Source: Eledone cirrhosa (lineage: Eukaryota). From it: a stretch of 64,000 nt of DNA. Within the stretch, counting starts at the first letter, position 1. Each line of letters begins with the position of its first letter. Both the position numbers and the translations under genes were made by a program. Below the pieces are notes generated by a model, which did not search any database, had not been told where the DNA came from, and saw nothing but the letters and a program-made list of their open reading frames with translations. The DNA lies in NCBI GenBank assembly GCA_964016885.1, contig OZ024752.1, forward strand, positions 32,550,001-32,614,000. The letters are read 5' to 3'. Below are positions 57,296 through 64,000 of this stretch, in pieces.

Positions 57296-57764
57296 CCAGC
57301 ATAGTAAAGTAAGTTTAGCTTATGTCCAGTTTAGAATGTTTGTAGGTCAAATATATTAAACCATGCCAGCATAGTAAAGTGAGTTTAGCTTAAGTCCAGT
57401 TTAGAATGTTTGTAGGTCAAATATCTGCAAGGAGAAAAATAAAACAAGGCGAGTGTGGTGGAGAGGGAATGGAAGTTATTGACTAGATGTCTGCAACGTA
57501 TTGATTAGCAAGAAATATGTCCTTTAGAGGGCCGTCAATTGAAGTAGAAAAACGAAGTTATAAAAATGAAACTGCTAATTAAAGCCAAATTAATTTCAGT
57601 CGGCCAGGTGGCGAGCTGGCAGAGTCTTAGAAGTTTTGATAGAATATCTTGCAATATCCTTTTTTGATTTTCTACACTCACCCACAATTTAAATCTCACC
57701 GAAGTTAACTTTGTCTTTCACCTTATCGGAATCGATATATAAGATACCAGTTTAGTGCTAGTGG

Positions 57765-58020
57765 AGGCGCATAGCCTAATGGTTTGCTGGACTCATGATA
57801 ATAGCGTCACGGGTTTGATTCCTGGACTGGTTTGTGCGTTGTGTTCTTGAGCAAAACACTTCATTCCCCGTTGCTACAGTAGACTCAGCTGAAAATGAGT
57901 ACAAGCTGAGGGTTTAACTTTGCGATGGACTGGCGTCCTGTCCTGGGCAGAGTCTTATACTTCCAATCGCTTCACGCCATGGAAACCGAGATAAAAACCA
58001 GCTTAATGAGCCTCTAGGGT
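57765..58020 (+). mobile_element. Second tRNA-derived SINE type (related heads at 3395-3585, 6255-6340, 7295-7390 plus; 59055-59270 minus)
   Basis: tRNA-like head with B box gtttgattcc/gttcgattcc and body gtgttcttgagcaaaacactt...gttgct. Confidence 0.65.
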
Positions 58021-58946
58021 CTTGGGACAGACTTTACAGCTAAGATCGATTTTTCTGTCCTTTGTCTCTAATTTCAGGTTGTACCTGTAATTCAAAGAAA
58101 CGTCCAGTCTTGTCACTTAGCGTTACGGTGATTCAGACTGAAAATTACGTTAAGAGTACACATTACAGTTAGTGATACGTTATTTTCCCGAGTAGGAATT
58201 AATTTGATCGAACAACTCAGTAATCATAGTTAAAACCGACGGAGGATCCCCGAGCATCATTAATTTAATTTATTTCTCGTAGTTTGCAATAATATATTTT
58301 TTTTTCATAGCATGTATTGGTTTTAAATTTCTATCATACCACACCACCATCCTGTGGTTTATTTATGTACATATTTTTTCTGCAAGTCACACTATTCCAA
58401 TTTCATTTCGTTGAGATATATAATTTCAGATGTTAAAACTACATACATGAGCTCACTAACACATACAGATGCTAATAATTGCTTTTAGTGTAGTTTCTTG
58501 TAGAAAGACGTCAATTATGTTTATGACCAAACTAAAGTGACAGTTTATTTACATAATAAACCAGTATTAAGTAGCAAATAAGGTACTAAATTGTGTATCT
58601 GGCGAGAGAGAGATAGAGATAGATAGATAGATAGAGATAGAGATAGATAGATATGTGTCTTTAGAGATAGATAGATAGAGAGTGAGTGTGGTGTGTGTGT
58701 AACAACAGCACACGATGTCTTATCTAGAGTCTTGTTAGCAAATTGTGAGGAATTACCATGGGATCATGACTTTAATACATTTTCATTCTCCTAACCACTC
58801 GTTCATCATGAATAATGATTTTCGTTACTGTTTCTTCTTTCACTATAAAGTTAATGATTTCTAAATCAGGCACAAGGAGGAGGAGGCTCATCATCGTTAG
58901 AGTAGAAATCTACACATGATAATTGGCGATGTGTTTTTATTTGCTG

Positions 58947-58979
<33 letters not shown>

Positions 58980-59439
58980 CTTACGCGAGAAACTATGGAA
59001 ATAGGAGTCTGGTAAACCACAGAGAGAGAGAGAGAGAGAGAGAGAAAAAAGGAACGATCGACTTTCGTCAAATCGGACCGAGGAAACAATGTTTCCATTG
59101 GTTTTTCCAATTGCTAGTACTATCTATCGGTCGCAACTCCAAGTAGAAGGAGCAAGGTGAAATAAAGTGTCGTGCTCAAGGACATAACGCATCGCCTGGT
59201 CCGGGAATCGAACTGACAACCTCACGATTGCGAATCAAATTCTCTAACCACTCAGCCACACGCCTTCACTATAGTGGAGAGAGAGAGAGAGAGAGAGAGA
59301 GAAAATAAAAGTAAAAGAGGGTGCTGAGAATAAAATTAAGAGCCACAGCAAAAAAGAAAAAAAAATGAGAGCAACCGAAGTGGGAAGTATCACGTGATTA
59401 AACAGGAAGAACAAGACGACACAATTATGGGCATATTTC

Positions 59440-59626
59440 GGTGGATTGGCAGTATCGGTAGAGGGTCGGACGCCATGCTTTCCAGCATAGTTACGTCCCT
59501 TTACGATCTGAGTTCAAATCCCGCCGAGGTAGACTTTGCCTTTCATCCTTACGAGGTCGATAAAATAAAGTACCAGTAATACACTGGGTAATTGCTGGCC
59601 TTGTGCCTAAAGTAGAAACAATTATT
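59440..59626 (+). mobile_element. tRNA-derived SINE, major family (representative copy; more than 35 copies or fragments in the window)
   Basis: A box tggcagtatcgg; B box gagttcaaatccc; Deu/Nin-like core gcctttcatcctt...ggtcgataaaataaagtaccag; tail gtagaaacaattatt. Confidence 0.85.
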
Positions 59627-60145
59627 GGCATACGTCAAGACGGGCGGTCTCAAAAGTGAAACTAATTTTACGATTGTGAATTTGTTTGTTTTTTTAAAAC
59701 AGGTCAGTGAAAGTATAATGCAGACACACGCAATTCTATGGATTTCTTAATATATATATATATATATATATGTGGGTATGTATATATATGTGTGTGTGTG
59801 TATGTATATATATATATATATGTGTGTGTTTGTATATATATATGTGTTTGTGTCATCATCATCGTTTAACGTCTATCTTCCACGCAAGCATGGGTTTAGA
59901 CGTATATATATGTTTGTGTGTATATATGTGTTTGTGTGTATATATATGTGTGTTTGTGTGTATATATATGTGGCCACATACACATATATATATATATACA
60001 GACACATATATATACACACAAACACACATATATATACACACAAACACATATATACACACAAACATATATATACGTCTAAACCCATGCTTGCGTGGAAGAT
60101 AGACGTTAAACGATGATGATGACACAAACACATATATATATACAA

Positions 60146-60182
<37 letters not shown>

Positions 60183-60343
60183 CACACACATATACACACC
60201 CACACATATATATATATATTAAGAAATCCATAGAATTGCGTGTGTCTGCATTATACTTTCACTGACCTGTTGTAAAAAAAACAAACAAATTTACAATCGT
60301 AAAATTAGTTTCACTTTTGGGACCGCCCGTCTTGACGTATGCC
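59627..60343. mobile_element. Fully palindromic fold-back MITE with 8-bp TSD (Merlin- or hAT-like)
   Basis: TIR ggcatacgtcaagacgggcggtc; TSD caattatt at 59619-59626 and 60344-60351; symmetry centre tgtggccaca near 59974. Confidence 0.8.
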
Positions 60344-60544
60344 CAATTATTATCAAATGTTATACGAGATATTTTTCAAAAGAAAGCAATTAATGTTTAA
60401 TTTCATGTGTGTGTTTGTTTCAATAATTTGAATATGTGTATATACAATATGTTATGTGTTCAGGAAAATACTTTCAAATGATTTTCAAAATTTAGAAAAG
60501 AATTTAAATAAAAACTCATCGTTTTCGATGACACGGGGACATAT

Positions 60545-62005
60545 AATTGTTTCTGATTTAGGCACAAGGCCAGCAATTTGGGAAGAAGGGGAAATTCGAT
60601 TAAATTGACACCAGTACATGACTGGTACTTTATTTTATCGACCCTTTAAGGATGAAAAATAAAGTTAACCTCGGCAGGATTTGAACTCAGATCGTAAAAG
60701 CCTGTAACCTGGGGAGAAGGGAAAAGTCGATTAAATCGACCTCAGTACCTACCTGACTGGCAAAGTTAACCTCGGCAAGATTTGAACTCATATCCTAAAG
60801 GCCCATAACTCTATGTTGCAAAGCATGTTGTCCGACCCTCTACCGATACTGCCAAACCACCATCATAATGCCCAAGAATGATAGCAAGACGAGACAAAGA
60901 GAGAGTGACAGAGGGTGAAAGAAAGACAAAGTATGTTTTTCTATTCTCTTTATAAGTAGAGTTTATTCATTGGATCAAAGCTAAGACTCGACTACAAACA
61001 TCCTTTGCTATATATATATACTTATAAAGACACAGAAACAGAGTGACACACACACAAAGACAGAGACACGGTGACACACACACACAAATCTCGGCAAGAT
61101 TTGAACTCAGATCCTAAAGGCCCATAACTCTATGTTGCAAAGCATGTTGTCCGACGCTCTACCGATACTGCCAATCCACCACCCTTATTTATAATGTTTT
61201 CTACTTTTTGGCACAAGGCCAGCAATTACCCTCCAGTGCATTACTGGTACTTTATTTTATTGACCCCGTAAGGATGAAAGGCAAAGTTAACCTTGGCAGG
61301 ATTTGAACTCATAACGTAATGGACCATATCTAAGGCGGGTAAAATTCCCGAGATCCATGGACGAGTTCTCTCCAGCGGTCTCTGTCCCTCATTATCGCTG
61401 CCATGTCCTGCGTCTCCAACAGACCAGTGTCTGTCCTTAGGGCATCAACATACGTTAACCTTGGTCTTCCTCTTCTAGTGTGTCCATGTAGGGGCTCCCA
61501 AAGGAGCACTGAGTGCAATGTCAACTCTGGATGTCGGTGAGCATGTCCAGCCAACCTCAGTCTCCTCTGTGTCACTTTTGAGCTGTATTTGGGAGCAAAG
61601 ATTGGGAATACGGAAGATGATGTGGTTGAGAGGAAGAGCAAGGCCTGGGCGGCGTGCCACAGCTTGAGATCGGTGTGGAAGTCGGACCTTCGTAGAGACC
61701 TGAAAATCCGCCTCTTCATTGCTGTAGTGGAGTCTGTGCTGCTGTATGGACCATAACCATGCTGCAATGCATGGTGTTCGATGCTCTACCGATTCTGCCA
61801 AACCACCCCTTATGATAATTGTTTCTACTTTAGGCACAAGGCCAGCAATTATCCAGTACATTACTGGTACTTTATTTTATCGACCCCCGTAAGGATGAAA
61901 GGCAAAGTCAACCTCGGCGGGATTTGAACTCAGATCGTAAAGGGACGTAACTATGCTGGAAAGCATGGCGTCCGACCCTCCACCGATACTGCCAATCCAC
62001 ACCCC
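60545..62005 (-). mobile_element. Minus-strand SINE cluster hosting nested insertions
   Basis: Major SINE family, about five copies or fragments. Confidence 0.72.
61329..61745 (-). mobile_element. RTE/RTE-X-like LINE insertion with 5' inversion, nested in a SINE
   Basis: Minus strand 61330-61583: RRLRLAGHAHRH...LLWEP...RGRPRLTYVD. Plus strand 61586-61750: YLGAKIG...RKSKAWAA...VWKS...KIRLFIAVVESVLLYG. TSD atggaccata at 61319-61328 and 61746-61755. Confidence 0.8.
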
Positions 62006-62038
62006 TTATGATAATATCGATTATCTCCTTATAATATA

Positions 62039-62685
62039 CTAGCAGTAAAGCCAGGCGTTGCTCGGGGTCGCTCAGTAGCTGTGTTAAAGTTACAATGTTA
62101 AGTTTCTTTTTTGGCTTAAAAACTGTAGTGTCTACTGTGCAGACTTGCATGTGGTGTTTTTGATTAATATTCCCTCAACCAACAATATGCCTTATGAAGT
62201 TAAGAAAACATAACGATAACCCGAATGTTATAACAAAAGAGGAAATATTTGCTTGTTTTACGTAGTTTTTAAATAGACTTGTTTTCAAGTAAAAATATTG
62301 TTTTAAAAGGCTTTTAAATGGAAATGAAGCAAAACGGAAGCTTAGTGTTCGAACTGATGAATTTTGCAGGTCAAAATTTTGCTGGCTCGATAACTGTTCG
62401 TGTATTGTGTTAATGTCATTTTAAACGCTGAGAAAGCCAGCGTAAGACGCTCAATGTAAACAGAACAAAGGGAAATAACTCGTCACTTACGCTCAAAAAT
62501 CGATACATTAGATTCGATTTCGTCACATAGGGTGGGTCAATTTGAAATATTTTTTTTCCGATGTCTTCGCTAGGGCTCAATGTACAAGTATAGCAATTTC
62601 GGTGCAATTCCGTCAGAGATTCTAAGAGGAGATGTGTGCCAAAAATCGATAGACAGACAGACAACCACAGCTTTATATATATATA
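62039..62685 (-). mobile_element. Non-autonomous Helitron, internally deleted copy in tandem with 62686-63631
   Basis: CTAG at 62039-62042; lacks about 290 bp including the minisatellite (junction near 62242). Confidence 0.78.
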
Positions 62686-63621
62686 CTAGCAGTAAAGCCC
62701 GGCGTTGCTCGGGGTCGCTCAGTAGCTGTGTTAAAGTTACAATGTTAAGTTTCTTTCTTGGCTTAAAAACTGTAGTGTCTACTGTGCAGACTCGCATGTG
62801 GTGTTTTTGATTAATATTCCCTCAACCAACAATATGCCTTATGAAGTTAAGAAAACATAACGATAACCCGAATGTTATAACAAAAGAGGATGCTGGGGAT
62901 AGAAACTGCACTGGTTATTTATTAACAAAGATCGAAAATGTAAACACTGCAACGCAGAGAAAAATATTAGCGTTACCAAATTATCAGTTATGTCTGTCTG
63001 CACGCCTATATCACCTCTCTGCACGACTGTCTGTCTGCACGCCTATATCACCTCTCTGCACGACTGTCTGTCTGCACGCCTATATCACCTCTCTGCACGA
63101 CTATCTGTCTGCACGCGTATATCACCTCTCTGCACGACTGTCTGTCTGCACGACTGTCTGTCTGCACGCCTAACGACGAAATATTTGCTTGTTTTACGTA
63201 GTCTTTAAATAGACTTGTTTTCAAGTAAAAATATTGTTTTAAAATGCTTTTAAATGGAAATGAAGCAAAACGGAAGCTTAGTGTTCGAACTGATGAATTT
63301 TGCAGGTCAATATTTTGCTGGCTCGACAACTGTTCGTGTATTGTGTTAATGTCATTTTAAACGCTGAGAAAGCCAGCGTAATTTTTTACGTAAGACGCTC
63401 AATGTAAACAGAACAAAGGGAAATAACTGATCACTTACGCTCAAAAATCGATACATTATATTCGATTTCGTCACATAGAGTGGGTCAATTTGAAATATTT
63501 TTTTTCCGATGTCTTCGCTAGGGCTCAATGTACAAGTATAGCAATTTCTGTGCAATTCCGTCAGAGATTCTAAGAGGAGATGTGTGCCAAAAATCGATAG
63601 ACAGACAGACAACCACAGTTT

Positions 63622-63631
<10 letters not shown>
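62686..63631 (-). mobile_element. Non-autonomous Helitron, same family as 40437-41363
   Basis: Near-identical reverse complement; CTAG at 62686-62689. Confidence 0.8.
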
Positions 63632-63693
<62 letters not shown>

Positions 63694-64000
63694 GGGAGAG
63701 AGAGAGAGAGAGAGAGATAGAGATATATATAGATATATATATAGAGATTTATATATAGATATATATATATATATAGATATATATATATATATAGATAGAT
63801 ATATATATATAGATATATAGATATATATAGATAGATATATATATATAGATATATAGATATATATAGATATATAGATATATATAGATAGATATATATATAT
63901 AGATATATAGATATATATAGATATATATATATATATAGATATATATATATATATAGATATATATATATATATAGATATATATATATATATAGATATATAT

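Noticed and set aside
59440-59530. SINE heads as tRNA genes
   Set aside because: A and B boxes are present but there is no cloverleaf, and they are always fused to the SINE body.

Overview
This is AT-rich, repeat-dominated eukaryotic (metazoan) intergenic or intronic DNA. I found no convincing host protein-coding exon. The abundant tRNA-derived SINEs and huge (TA)n/(CATA)n tracts resemble an octopus-type cephalopod genome (inference). Main contents: (1) a near-intact, full-length Tx1/L1-group LINE (~21710-27527) with a zinc-knuckle ORF1 and an APE-RT ORF2 broken by one in-frame TAG; (2) a decayed Penelope-like element (PLE, RT + GIY-YIG, ~697-3240, minus strand) ending in a hammerhead ribozyme (HHR); (3) about 20 type I HHR motifs from several families, many in head-to-head fold-back palindromes flanked by (TA)n, four of which match the 3' end of that PLE; (4) five non-autonomous Helitrons, several MITEs (hAT, Tc1/mariner, pogo, Merlin-like), RTE and CRE fragments, and dozens of SINEs; (5) a 144-bp satellite with a 698-bp higher-order unit, minisatellites, and a 200-N gap. 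Most ORFs in the supplied track are microsatellite translation artefacts. All folds and alignments were done by eye; coordinates of decayed repeats are approximate.
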